A stretch of DNA of 64,000 nt, taken from Camelus dromedarius. Lineage: Eukaryota. A model generated the notes under the pieces. The model ran no database searches, was not told the origin of the DNA, and saw only the letters and a list, made by a program, of their open reading frames with translations. A program made the position numbers and the translations under genes. This document shows positions 14,230-27,350 of this stretch, one piece after another. Positions within the stretch are counted from its first letter, which is position 1. Every line of letters starts with the position of its first letter. The stretch lies in assembly GCF_036321535.1 (NCBI RefSeq), contig NC_087436.1, positions 60,638,001-60,702,000 of the forward strand, given 5' to 3'.

Positions 14230-14482
14230 CCCATCCAAAGGTGGAGGCTTCTGGAGATAAGAGAAATGAGGGGATGCCCACTGAAGAGAGGAGATATTTC
14301 AGCTGAAGCAACCCTGGTTCAACCAGCCCACAACCAACTCAGCAGCAGACCATTTACCCATGATTAGCCCAGAAAAACCACCCAGCTGAGCATAGCCCAA
14401 ATTGCTAATTTGAGGATACAGGAGCTAAATCAAGAGTTGCTGCTTTGTCTTTATGTTTTGGGATCGATTGTTACATGACAAG
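14230..14482 (+). mobile_element. Old MaLR LTR (MLT1I/J-like), 3' part
   Basis: aaccacccagctgagcatagcccaaattgct...tgttttggg...ttgttaca. Confidence 0.55.
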
Positions 14483-16632
14483 TTAGGTCGGGGTCTTTCT
14501 TTGCTGGCAAATGGAAAAAAAAAAAAAGCTCCTGATTTCATCCTAAATTACAGGTTGGGTTCTAACAGGAAGAAGCAGTAGTTCTCTTAGTATCAACAGA
14601 TTAGATAAAAGAAATGACTTGTTTGTTCCTCCCAGTGTCTCCTCACAAACAACTCTAGATGCAGGTGGCTGGCACCGAGGCCCTGAGTAGCAATACAAGG
14701 AGTCAGTCCCCTTGGTGCAAAGTTACTTTCAGAGCAGAACTGGCTCTGTCAAAGATGCTCAGGCCACCAGTAGGGAAATTCCAATCTTATCATTGTCGCA
14801 CAAATGTATTGCTATTTCCAACTTTTGCTTAATACAATCACCTCTTTTGTGAATAAGGAGGCTAAAATCAACCAGACACAAGTGACCACACAAACTGATG
14901 AAAGAATTCCTAAGTCAAATGCTAGCACTAGGACTCGGCTATTTTGGCAATGCTGATAAGGGAGAGAGGTTTATTCAACAGAATTTCAGACTGGAATATA
15001 GTTGTTGCCATGGCTACAACTTTGGGAAGGGTAGGAGATACTCCCCTGATACACTCTGAGAAGAAATGGGCTGTGCAAATTCCAACCTCAGTGGGAGAGC
15101 CAGTATAAAGCACACAAAAACTAATACTGGAATAAGATTAGAAAAACAGATTCAATCTTCATCTGAAAGAATTTCTGAGAAGAAAAAGTTTTTGCCATGT
15201 ACTTCCTTAAGTCTGATGGATTACCCCCTGCCTTAGTAAGTGCTGCCACGTGGCATGTTTCCCCCAAGCTCTTTTCTGTTTCTTTCCAGCTTGTTGTTAG
15301 ATTTTCATTTTAAATGCTGATTTTTTTTTCTTAAGAAGGGCCTTCTGGCCTTCAGCAATTAATTTCTGATCGTGAAATTATTTCTTTGATTATAATTCCA
15401 TTTGAACAAACCAGCCAAATCCAATCCCTTTAAAAAGCTTCCTGAAAGCCCCGACCACTGACTTGCATCACGTATCACTGGTCAGGACTGTGTCACCTGA
15501 CCACTCTTAGCTTAAAGGACAATTGACATTCTCTACCAAGGTGGTAAAAACCCATTTTGTACTGTGAAAATAGCTAAATTGATCATTAAACTACAGGAAT
15601 ATACAATAAATAAATGAATAAGTAAAGACAAATTTGTGCATGTAGCCCTCCTCCCCCATATTTGGGCACTCTGTAGTCTCTCTGTGATCAAAAAGAACCA
15701 AACTGACAGAAATTGACTTGAAATATGATTAGTTTCTTGAGAAAATTTCAAAAAGCTGAGGGAAGTGATTACATCCAGGAAGATGGTGAATTATGTTAAA
15801 AATAGTTTAATTTTTAAATAGTCTCTTAATCAGCTGTACAAACCTAACCACCACAAATACAGCCCACTCACTTCTCTGTTGCTTCAAGTCTGCCCACACC
15901 CCCTCTTCCTACCCAGTATTCTCTATTTTTAGTGTAAAAATTATCCATCCTCTAAGTTTTCTACAAGTTCTCTCAGTTTTAGTGCACTTTATGTTGATCA
16001 GTATTTACCAAACAAAAAAAGCCTTGAGCTTAATACAAAAAACACAGAATCCTTGTCTTGTCTCAACTATTAAAACTGTGCTGAGAGTTGAATAAACCAA
16101 TATAAACTTGGGGGCTAACTCTTTCACTCTGTCTTAAAGCATTTTTATTCAAAACCTATGCTTAATTTTCAGAAATAGACTTATCCTTGGCTTTGCAGCT
16201 TATCATTTTGTACATCACATTTACTTTTTAAAAAAACACGTTTGAAAGAAAATAATCCAAACTTGGAGAAAAACTATTGCAAAGTCAGTTGTCAAGAAAG
16301 AGATGCCCTTTCTCTAAGCACAATTACAGATCCGCTCAGTTGAATCAGTCTGACCTCAAGGTCTACCGGCCACTTCTGAGATGACAGTCACCTCAGCTTG
16401 TCTCATCATGGTCTGCCAACCTTGTGCTCTTACAGACCACTTTTATATTAATGTGTAAAATGGAAAACCTTTCCATATAAAACCACAATATCATTTCACA
16501 TATGTCTTTCTAATTTTGTAATATGCTAAATTGGATTCTTGCCTTTTAAATTAATGTAGTTCAAAATAAGAATTAGAATCAAAGAATAAAGCTTAGGATC
16601 TTAGAAGTCATTTGATAAACATGAAGCCAGTC

Positions 16633-16933
16633 TGTCTTAGTCAGAGGCTTAAGGTCTGAGATCCAGGTGCCAGCGTTGTTGAGTTCTGATGATGGCCTTC
16701 TTGTGGGTTACAGTCTACTGATTTGTCAATACACCCTCACATGGCAGAAAGCAGAGAGTCTAAGCAAGCTCTCAAGTCTCTTCTTACAAGGGCACTAATC
16801 TTATTCATGAGGGCTCCACCCTCATGACCCAGTTACCTCCTAAAGGCCCAACACCCTAACACCATCACACTGAGGGGTTAGGATTTCAACAAATAAATAT
16901 GGGGTGGTGGACATGGATATTCTATCCATAATA
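16633..16933 (-). mobile_element. MLT1A0-type MaLR solo LTR with an internal deletion
   Basis: tgtcttagtc...caagggcactaatcttattcatgagggctccaccctcatgacc...ggttaggatttcaaca; perfect 5-bp TSD cagtc (16628-16632 / 16934-16938). Confidence 0.85.
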
Positions 16934-17654
16934 CAGTCCATATTTCATTGAAGGCTTCTATTATTTGTTCACCACCTCTTAATGAGGTTTCATCCTTGAC
17001 CTTGCTTTAACAGCTATAATAATTCTTCACAGCTTCTTTGCTTAGAATCCAAAACTGTTTCACTATTATTATAACTCATGCCTTCTGCCAGAATCTGTGA
17101 AACTGGCAGGAAGACTTACTAGATTTCACAAAAGGTAAAATCACAGACTTCTCACAGTTCTTAACACAGAAACTAGAAAGTGATTGCCTTTGGGAAGAAA
17201 ACAAATACAAAGGAATACAAAGGAACTTTCTGTAGGAAATAAACATTCTATTTCTTGTCTAAAGAATCACTCTTACTGATAATTCTGGATGACAGTATTA
17301 TTCACTCCTGGCTTGTCTTCAATGTCCACAGTACATCATACTCAACACTGAAACCATCTGACTACCATTCTTCCAGCTACAAAATTCTCCATATCTCCAT
17401 CCCCCAGGATCCAAATCTGTAGGAAATCCTTGTTCTGCCCCCTGCTTCCAGGAAAGCAAGCTCCACCACATTTCCTGTCACGGAATTATTAGCATTTGGG
17501 ATATCCTCTTTCTCTCACTCATTCATCTGAGGTGTTTTGGACTGGAGGCATTCTCTTTGCTCTTAAGTCTTGCCCCTGACTTTCTGCACTTTGAGAGCTC
17601 TCTCTATGCCTGCAGGCAATACGTTTTGCTGGGTGTTTTCTCAGCCTTCAAAGT

Positions 17655-17775
17655 ATATGGATTTGAAGTTGAACCCTGAATCTATTACTTCAAAGCTATA
17701 TATCCATATAACTTTGGGAAGCTTGCTTAGCTTTTCTGAACTGCAAGTGAGGTTATTTATTTTTAAATGCTAAAG
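17655..17775 (+). mobile_element. MIR fragment
   Basis: gttgaaccctgaatctattactt...taactttgggaagcttgcttagcttttctgaact core-like segment. Confidence 0.45.
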
Positions 17776-20002
17776 ACACAGTAGACACTTGGAAATGATT
17801 AGTTTCTCTCATTTTATAATTTGTCACCAAATGTGAACACATGGTAGAAACTCAGTAACTAGTTGGTTTGCTCTTATTTTTGTTACAAGAAAAAAATTCT
17901 CCGATTAATAATTGATATTAGACTACATGCCATCTGTCATTGAGAAATGACCATCTTGGTAAGAAGAATGTCAATCAGTGAATTATCTTTAAATTGCTAG
18001 CAATGGTGAAGTCATTAGAGGTGAGTTTGAGAAGGAAAAGGGAGGCAATTGGATAGAAATGTGTCATGTTTTATGAAAGGTCCAATAAGGATGTATGTGC
18101 TTATAAAAAATAAAAAGAATGAAATGTGCTGTGTTTTGAAGAGAGACAGAAAGGAATTAATCCAATAAGAATGACAATTACTAAAAATACCAATCATGAC
18201 TGTGTTGTATTTCTGCCTGATCCTTTGAAAAAAAAAAAGTTGTTTTTTTTTTAAACAGATGGCTATTTTAATTTACTGGGTGAGTTGTCACAGCTATCAC
18301 CTTTCTGGACTTCCTCCCAAAATAAAGAAAAGCTATTCCAGTGTAATGAAGGAAAGCTATGCAGTCTACTGAATTGTGTCCTCATGTCTCTCCTGAAAAC
18401 TCTGTAATGGCAGATCATATGGCTTCTTTGACCTGGAGGTAGAGGGTGGTAAAATTAGTTGTTGGCATTATTTTCTTTATGTATCCGATAGCAGTTGCTA
18501 GGGCTTGCCTCGTGCACAGATGAAGTGTGCAGCCTTGCAGTAATCCTTTGTATCAGACTTTACTGGTGCATCTGGAGGGAATGCATCTTCCCAATACTCC
18601 ATAATGCAGATCGAAATAGTGTTAGTTCTCATAGGGCCTGTAAAGAAATTCTGGTCTATTTCAGTTTTTGTAGATTAAAAAAATCACACAAGAAAAAGAA
18701 TTTTTCACTTCACAAATCTCTTTGCCATAGCTTACCTAGGTACCTGAAATTCCACTTTTAAAGATTGATTTGCACATCATTTGCACATCATAAGGATTTC
18801 AGGCACCAGCATCAGGGATCTTTAGTTAGAATGCAAAACAGCCCTGCTAGGTGTAACACATTCACCCTACCCTCCTCCAGCACAGGTAAGGGTTTCCCCA
18901 GCGGGATTAGTAAGGGAATAAACACAAGCAGGTGGGAAGACAGGAGGCTAGGTAGTAGTTGGGAGGGACAGCATGAGTGTTCTAGGCACTTGGGGCAGTG
19001 GGTCTGAGAAAGAAAATTACATGAATTTGAAAAAAGAAGAGCCCAAACCAAACTTTTTTTGCCTCACCATTGTAGCTGGTTTTTGTCGGAAAGAAGTAAA
19101 AAATTAAGAAAATTAGGTTTTATAATAGGAGATAAAAAGATCTCAGGAGAAATGGATTTATTAATATTTTAAATCTGATCTCAGAGCAGAGGTATTTTTA
19201 AACCAAGACTCCAGGTCCACTAGAGACAGGAATCCTCCCTTTGCTTCTAGGACTTCCATCTCAATTAAATGATGTTCCAAGCAACTTTTATTTCTGACCA
19301 AATGATCTGCTGATGTACCGAGGCGCATAATGGAAAGGGAAACCCCACTGATCTGTCTGCCAGCACTTCTCACCCTGTCCCCTGCCACCCTGTCCCCTGC
19401 CTCCCTTCCCCTGTCCTACAGGAATTCCCCCCTCAGATCACCCTGATGACCTGCAACGCTTAAAAACTCCTGGCTTAATATAATGTTCCCAAGCAGCCAC
19501 AGCTCCTGGAAAAATACTGCCTTTATAATAAAGTCTGGTTCCTATAAGAGCTGCATACACTCACAGCTGAACATGACAAAGTTTCTTTAGATACAGCATT
19601 GCTTTGTCTCCACCCAGGTGGAGAGAAATGACACAAACGTCAGGCAAAGTATCGATGTCTGCTGAGTTAGTCTGCGCCTGCCCCGTCACCCTTCTCTGCC
19701 GTTTACTGCCTTCCCTGCAGCTTTCTCTTTCACATATCAAATCCCTTATTCAAGGCTCAAATCCTTTTTCACAGACAATGTGCACTTTGGAAGAGCAACA
19801 TCCTATTTCTACCTTTTTATACCATAGACCTGTAATTTCCACTTGGACTTTTCTACTATATGTTCACCACATTCCATTGGGTCCAGTCTTATGGCCACTC
19901 TACGGGAACTCCCTTCCCACAATTCTCACAACCTTCGCCATGGTCATCAACCTAGAGCAACATCATTGGCCTGCACTGCTCCCATTACTATCCTCCCACA
20001 GA

Positions 20003-20175
20003 CACAAGAGCTTGGAGTTTAGTTCTAGCCCTTCTGTGTGCTATAGTTATAGTCTTTAGAGAAAGGTAATTAGTGCCTCTGGGCCTCAGTAACTTCACCT
20101 GTAAAATGGGTAAAAATGTTTACCTCATAACAATATTGTGGAGACAAATGCATTAACATACATAAAGTGCCTTCA
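20003..20175 (+). mobile_element. MIR SINE
   Basis: cctctgggcctcagtaacttcacctgtaaaatggg...tacctcata...ttgtggag...taaagtgcct (MIR core). Confidence 0.7.
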
Positions 20176-20730
20176 GGTAAACAGTGGACAGGCCAGTCTC
20201 CACAAATTAGTTCTAACAACGAATCGAAGGAAATGACAATTTCCAGTTCCTAGTTTTCATCAACAGCAGTTTTCCCTCATTGTGAGGAATATTATGGTAT
20301 ACTTTACAATTTGTAGATATGTTCAGGGTTTTTGATAAGTTTTTTACCATCACTGTATTATTTTTCCTAAAACTCAGGAGATGCTCAGAAGGTTATGGCT
20401 GTTTCCTCATTTCCACACATAGTCAGTCATTCCTTTCTTTGTCGACTTACTGAATTTTGTACAGTACTACTAGCTTTATTGTTATTCTGCACATCATTAT
20501 TGCTATTTTTTCTACACTTTAGTATTAAAGTATTAAGATATATTAACTCAATATAAATTAACTCTCTTTAGTCAGAGAGGTCCTAAGGACAATGATACCC
20601 ATTTTGCCTGGTAGGTGAATAATGTTTAATAAATGCTTATTGAATTGGTGAATAAATTATCTTTAACAATTTCTGGGATGGTTGGAAGTAAGTGGGTCAT
20701 AATATGACAAATACACTTGTATAAATCAAA

Positions 20731-21472
20731 TTTTTTTCTTTTCTTTTTTAATTGAAGTATAATTGATTTACAATGTTCCAGGTGTATAGCAAAGTGATTC
20801 AGTTATACTTATACATGTATATTTTTCAGATTCTGTTCCATTATAGGTATTACAAGATACTGAGTATATTTCCCTGTGCTATGCAGTAGGTCCCTGTTGT
20901 TTATCTATTTTATATATACTAGTGTGTATCTGTTAATCTTAAATTTCTAATTTATCCTAACCCCCCTTTCCCTTTTGGTGATCATAAGTTTGTTTTCTTT
21001 GTGAGTCTGATTCTGTTTTTCAAATTAGTTCATTTGTATCTTTTTTTAGATTCCACATATAAGTGATATCATATGATATTTGTCTTTCTCTGACTTAACT
21101 TTATGTTAGTATGATAATCTCTATCAAGGTCCATCCATGTTGCTGCAAATGGCATTATTTCAGCCTTTTAATGGCTGAGTTATATTCCATTGCATATGTA
21201 TACCATATCTTATCTATTCATCTGTCAATGGACATTTAGGTTGCTTTTATGTCTTGGCTATTGTCAACAGTGCTGCTATGAACATTGGGGTGCATGAATC
21301 TTCTTGAATTAGAGTTTTCATTTTTTCTGGATATGTGCCCAGGAATGGGATTGCTGGATCATGTGGTAACTAAATTTAGTTTTTTGAGGAATCTCCATAC
21401 TGTTCTTCATAGTGGCTGCACCAATTTACATTCCCACCAACAGTGTAGGAGGGTTCTCTTTCTGCATAACCT
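20731..21472 (-). mobile_element. 5'-truncated cetartiodactyl-type L1 (3'UTR and ORF2 end), antisense
   Basis: Poly-T, then attgaagtataattgatttacaatgtt...tttccctgtgctatgcagtagg...ttccacatataagtgatatc...gtggctgcaccaatttacattcccaccaacagtg; no clear TSD. Confidence 0.9.
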
Positions 21473-21559
21473 GCAGGGATATTTCTTAAATTATAGCACA
21501 AAATCTTATTTATGGAAGAAATGAAACCATAATTTTATTTAAATAGCATAATATAGTGC

Positions 21560-21730
21560 TCAATATCATGGATTTTGTACAGATTTCTACTTTTTAGCAG
21601 CTGGGTTACCTAAGCAAGAAACTTAACCTCTCTGTGTCTTAGGATACTAATTTCTAAAACAGAAATAATATTGATATTATAATATTTTTATAATAATAGT
21701 GATAATACTTAATTCATACAATTGTAGGGT
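21560..21730 (+). mobile_element. MIR fragment
   Basis: ttagcagctgggttacctaagcaagaaacttaacctctctgtgtct. Confidence 0.55.
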
Positions 21731-21759
21731 TTTCTACCTCCTGAGTCATATTGATACTT

Positions 21760-23949
21760 TATATTTTCCTTAAAATTTATCTATTTCATTTAGATTCTCA
21801 AACAAAACACTAAAAATTATATGTAAATTTCTTTGTATTCAAAATACAAATTTATCAATAGCTCTGTGAGGTAAATAGTTTATTCCCAAAATTTGACATA
21901 TTTTTCTTTTTTTCTTCATAATGTTATCCAATGATTGTCTACTTTCTTCATCTTTAAACTAACCAGCATTGGTTTTTATTGATTACACCATTTTTTGTTT
22001 TAGTTTGTTAAGTTTTTCTGTATATTAATTTTTTCTTATTATATTATGTGAGTTTAATATATTCTCTGAAATGCTTGACTTATTTGATGTTAAATGTTTT
22101 TATTAACAAATGTATTTTTGGCTAGAATTTATATCTTAACAATATTGAGTCTTCTGATCCATGAACATGGTCTATCTTTTCATTTATTTCAGGCTTCCAT
22201 TTTTTAAAACATGTTTTACATTTTCTGTACGTATTGCACATATTCTGTTAAATTTTGATGCTAATGTGGACAAGTTTTAATTTTAGTTTTAACTGTTCTC
22301 AATCTTAAAAAATTTTAGTTTAATATATTATATATAGAGAAAACACTGATATAATTTCTACTTTGAATAATCTCTTAGTGACTTAATGTACAGTCAACTT
22401 TTATAAAGATCCCTTGGGTGCTTTAAAGGATATATATACAACAGTATGTACCTTTAATATATAACAATAAATAAAGCTTTATAATTGCTTTACACAATCT
22501 TTCACTTTCTAATTTATTTTTGTAACTTTAATCTGTTTATTTCTGAGAAAAATATGTTTATATCTTCCAATTGAGAATTTATTAAATTAACTTTTTCTAC
22601 TAGATTTTGCTTAATTTGTCTTGTTATATTTTTTATGTCAAAAATGTATGGCTGTTATACATTTTTTGTACATTATTTATTTTACTACTTGTGTTCTTAT
22701 TGCCAATCATCTGAAATTTCTATTTTCACCATGTTGTTTTCGGCCTTTTAATTCACTTTTTATTAGGTATGCCTCCTGCAAACAGCTTGTGGTTGTATTT
22801 TTCATTCAGTCCAAAATGTGACTAGCTCTCTTCTATTGATAGAGTAATTTATGGAATTTTTATTATGGGAAGAGACAAGTTTAGAATTCTTTAAGCAGTT
22901 TATATTATGTTTTTTCATTCACCATATGTTTTGTTCTTTCTCTCTTACTTTTACTACAGTTTTTTTGAAATAATTATGTTTCCTTGATTGTGTTTCTTGG
23001 TTTAGAAGTTAATCTATTTTTTATTCTTGTTGTGACCATCTTAATTCTATGTTTAATTCTACATAAGTAAAATTATACATCCAAATACATCAAAAGCATC
23101 ATCCCATTTACACTTTACTACTCTCCTAAATTATCACCTGAAAGATTCTTGGGTTTAAATTTTAACATGATAATAATTTGTTCATAATTCCATAAATATT
23201 TGTATAGATTTAACTATAAATTTACTGATTTCTCTGATCATCACTGTTTTTGTCTTCCACCTTATTTTCTCTTAGATTCTCTTTTCCTTTTGCTGGAATA
23301 AATGTTGAAATAATCATTTCAAAGGCTCTAATAGTAAATGTATTAATTAGAAATGGCTATCTGCAAGTAAGATATACATATAACAATAGCTTAGACAAAC
23401 AGGAATTTATTTGTGTCTTATAACTACAAGATGCTGGTAGGGCTATGTAATATTAGTCCAACATCTCTGCAATTTACTTTTCCTGATAGTAACAGAATAC
23501 CTACTGCCACAGTTTTCATGTAAGCCTTCTAGTAGGAAAGATGAGCAAAGGAAAAGAGTAGAATTTGCATTAAGAAATTAAAAAAAAAAATTTTCCCAAG
23601 TACTCAGTGAAAATTTTTCACTTATTAGCAGCCAGAAATGTATAATGCTGCTGGCACACATTGGCTGTTACAAGTCAATGGGAAAGAAGGATAAGAATGG
23701 TGGTTGGGTCCACCAAACAACAGCAATTTGTCCAAAGGGCTAATTTTTAGAAGACTTACACGACTGAAAAAACTATTTTGTCCTCATTTTGAATAATAGT
23801 TCTTTTGGGTATAGTATTTTAGCTTCAAACTATATCTTCTCAATAGTTTGAAGACATTGCTTCATTTTATTCTCCCATACAATGTTGTTTATTACTAGAC
23901 AATTGCCAATTTCATTTTTACTCCTTTAAAAATAACTTGTCTTTTTTAG
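21760..23949 (-). mobile_element. Highly degenerate L1ME/HAL1-type antisense relic, with a probable MLT1J/K LTR at about 23340-23735
   Basis: T-rich antisense L1 motifs; ORF1-region motif ttttgtcctcattttgaataatagt...gggtatagtatttt...tttgaagacattgcttcatt at 23775-23870. Confidence 0.5.
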
Positions 23950-23950
23950 T

Positions 23951-24807
23951 GACAAACCTCTGGCTAAACTCACAAAGAATAAAGAGAGCACAAATAAGCA
24001 AAATAAGAAAGGAAAATGGAGAAATTACAACAAATAACATAGAAATACAGAATATCATACGGGAATATTATGAAAAACTATATGGAACCAAACTGGATAA
24101 CCTAGAAGAGACAGACAAGTTTCTGGAGGCATACAGTCCACCAAGACTGAATCAAGAAGAAACTGACCACTTGAACAAACCGATCACTAGGAATGAAGTC
24201 GAATTAGCAATAGAAAACCTCCCCACAAATAAAAGTCCAGGACCAGAAGGCTTCACTGGGGAATTCTACCAAACACACAAAGAAGAACTCACACCAGTCC
24301 TTCTCAAACTCTTCCAGAAGACTTAAAAGGAGGGAATACTCCCAAACTCATTCTATGAAGCCACCATCACCCTGATAACAAAACCAGGCAAAGACACTAC
24401 CAAAAAAGAGAATTACAGACCAATATCACTGACAAACAAAGATGCAAAAATCCTTACCAAAATACTAGCAAATAGAATCCAACAGCACATAAAAAAGATT
24501 ATACATCATGACCAAGTGGGGTTCATCCCAGGGACACAAGGCTGGTTCAACATACGCAAATCAATCAGTGTAATACATCACATCAACAAGAGAAATGATA
24601 AAAACCACATGATCATCTCAACAGATGCAGAAAAAGCTTTTGATAAAATTCAATACCCATTTATCATAAAAACTCTCACCAAAGTAGGTATAGAGGGAAT
24701 ATATCTCAACATAATAAAAGCTATATATGACAAACCTACAGTCAGCATAGTACTCAACAGTGGAAAACTCAAGTTTCCCACTAAAATCTGGGACAAGACA
24801 AGGATGC
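23951..24807 (+). mobile_element. Young L1 ORF2 internal fragment (linker to start of RT), left arm of composite
   Basis: Colinear with 46939-47802 of the near-full-length L1; translates [16 protein letters not shown]...[16 protein letters not shown] and [15 protein letters not shown]; has stops and frameshifts. Confidence 0.95.
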
Positions 24808-26455
24808 ACAATTTTTCAGTTATACATGAACATACATACATTCATTGTCACATTCTCTTTCACTGTGAGCTACCACAAGATCCTGTATATATTTCCCTGT
24901 GTTACACAGTACAATCTTGTTTATCTATTCTACATTTTGAAATCCCAGTCTGTCCCTTCCCACCCCCCAGTCCCCTGGCAACCACAAGTTTGTATTCTAT
25001 GTCAGTGAGTCTGTTTCTGTTTTGTATTTATGGTTTTTTTTTTTAGATTCCGCATGTGAGTGATCTCATGTGGTATTTTTCTTTCTCTTTCTAGCTTACT
25101 TCACTTAGAATGACATTCTCCAGGAACATCCATGTTGCTGCAAATGGCATTATGTTGTCCATTTTTGTGGCTGAATAGTATTCCATTGTATAAATATACC
25201 ACCTCTTCTTTATCCAGTCATCTGTTGATGGACATTTAGGCTGCTTCCAGGTCTTGGATATTGTAAATAGTGCTGCTATGAACATTGGGGTGCAGGTGTC
25301 ATTTTGAAGTAGGGTTCCTTCTGGATATATGCCCAGGAGCGGGATTCCTGGGTCATATGGTAAGTCTATTCCTAGTCTTTTGAGGAATCTCCATACTGTT
25401 TTCCACAGTGGCTGCACCAAACTGCATTCCCACCAGCAGTGAAGGAGGGTTCCCTATTCTCCACAGCCTCTCCAGCATTTGTCATTTGTGGACTTTTGAA
25501 TGATGGCCATTCTGACTGGTGTGAGGTGATACCTCATTGTAGTTTTGATTTGCATTTCTCTGACAATTAGTGATATTGAGGATGTTTTCATGTGCCTGTT
25601 GATCATTTGTATGTCTTCCTTGGAGAACTGCTTGTTTAGGTCTTTTGCCCATTTTTGGATTGGGTTGTTTGGTTGTTTCTTATTAAGTCATATGAGCTGC
25701 TTTTATATTCTGGCGATCAAGCCTTTGTCGGTTTCATTTGCAAAAATTTTCTCCCATTCCGTAGGTTGTCGTTTTCTTTTACTTAATGGTTTCCTTTGCT
25801 GTGCAGAAGCTTGTAAGTTTCATTAGGTCCCATTTGTTTACTCTTGCTTTTATTTCTATTGCTTGGGTAGACTGCCCTAGGAGAACATTTTTGAGACGTA
25901 TGCCAGATAATGTTTTGCCTATATTTTCTTTTAGGAGATTCATTGTATCTTGTCTTATGTTTAAGTCTTTGATCCATTTTTTAGTTTATTTTTGTGTATG
26001 GTGTAAGGGAGTGTTCTAGCTTCATTGCTTTACATGCTGCTGTCCAGTTTTCCCAACACCATTTGCTGAAGAGACTGTCTTTATTCCATTGTGTATTCTT
26101 GCCTCCTTTGTCGAAGATGAGTTGACCAAAAGTTTGTGGGTTCATTTCTGGGCTCTCTGTTCTGTTCCATTGGTCCATATGTCTGTTTTTGTACCAATAC
26201 TATGCTGTCTTGATGACTGTAGCTCTATAGTATTGTCTGAAGTCTGGGAGAGTTATTCCTCCAGCCTCTTTCTTTCTCTTCAGTAATGCTTTGGCAATTC
26301 TAGGTCTTTTGTGGTTCCATATAAATTTTATTATGATTTGTTCTAGTTCTGTGAAATATGTCCTGGGTGATTTGATAGGGATTGCCTTAAATCTGTAGAT
26401 TGCCTTGGGCAGTGTGACCATTTTGACAATATTGATTCTTCCAGTCCAGGAGCAT
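24806..26455 (-). mobile_element. Young L1 3' fragment (ORF2 C-terminal part and most of 3'UTR, no poly-A), right arm of composite
   Basis: Reverse complement is colinear with 48228-49876; ORFs [11 protein letters not shown]..., [12 protein letters not shown]..., [16 protein letters not shown]... Confidence 0.95.
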
Positions 26456-26499
26456 ATTTACTTCATATATCTCGCATATTTACTTCATATATTTTGTCT

Positions 26500-27350
26500 T
26501 CTAATGCATAAAAGGTTAAAATTTAACTTGAAGCCACCCGTATACTTCCTGCATTCTGGTTTCCCTTCATTTCTTGACTGTATATTTTTTTTTCCTATGA
26601 TGCATAAAATTATTCCTTATCTTCCTCCTAAATCAAGCAAAGATATTGGCTTTACCTCTCTCCTCCCACCCAGCCAATCTGTTATTATTAACAAGTATTT
26701 TAGTTTTCTCTTGTTTAGCTCCTAGATTGGTTATTCTTTTATTTTATAATTAACAGTTAATTAAATTTGCCAATGTACTTTTACCAAATTTCATGCTTTG
26801 TTTTTTCATGCTTTTTATATTTTTCCTCTGTATTTAATCTTCTTGCTACAGTATATCTTTGAATAATTCTTTCTAGAAAAATATGGATAGTAAATGCTTT
26901 TACTTTCTGTGTGTGTGAAAATACATTTTCCCTTCTCTATTGAACATCTCCTTGGTGGACAATTAGCTTCCCTCAGCACTTTAAGCAAGTTATCAGTGTC
27001 TTCCGGCATGTTTTGTTGCTCTTGCAAAGTCTAGCTTTTAGTCTTCTTGTGGTACTTCTGTGGGAATGTGTCTTCTCTGTTCGATTTCAAGGTTCTCTTG
27101 TTTTTTGGTATTCTGAAGTTTCGCTTGGATGTGTCTGGCTATAGCCATACTTGGAGTTTTCCTGCTAAGCCCTCAAAGTTAATTGCCATGATTAAGACTC
27201 ATATGTTTATTAAAATTTAGAAATATTTAATTATTATAATTTTGAATCCCATTTTTTTCTTCCAAAATAGAATAAAATAGAATGTTTCATCATTTAAATC
27301 ATTTAGTGTGTTGACTTTCTTTTTTAATTTTTCCTCGCATGGTCACAAAC
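26500..27350 (-). mobile_element. Degenerate L1ME/HAL1-type inter-ORF/ORF1 relic
   Basis: ttccctcagcactttaag...gttgctcttgcaaagtctag...gtattctgaagtttcgcttggatgtgtctgg antisense ORF1 motifs. Confidence 0.5.

Noticed and set aside
14057..14311. Minus-strand ORF ending at a good splice donor (CAG/GTAAGA)
   Set aside because: No recognisable protein similarity, partly overlaps an MLT1 relic, and no supported partner exon.
14773..14782. Isolated perfect kB site GGGAAATTCC
   Set aside because: A single 10-mer match is expected by chance in 64 kb.
19604..20059. 151-aa ORF in unique sequence
   Set aside because: TTG start, no recognisable domain, and it runs into a MIR.
23951..26455. Classical twin-priming 5' inversion
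   Set aside because: Arm orientation is reversed, and the poly-A and TSD are absent.
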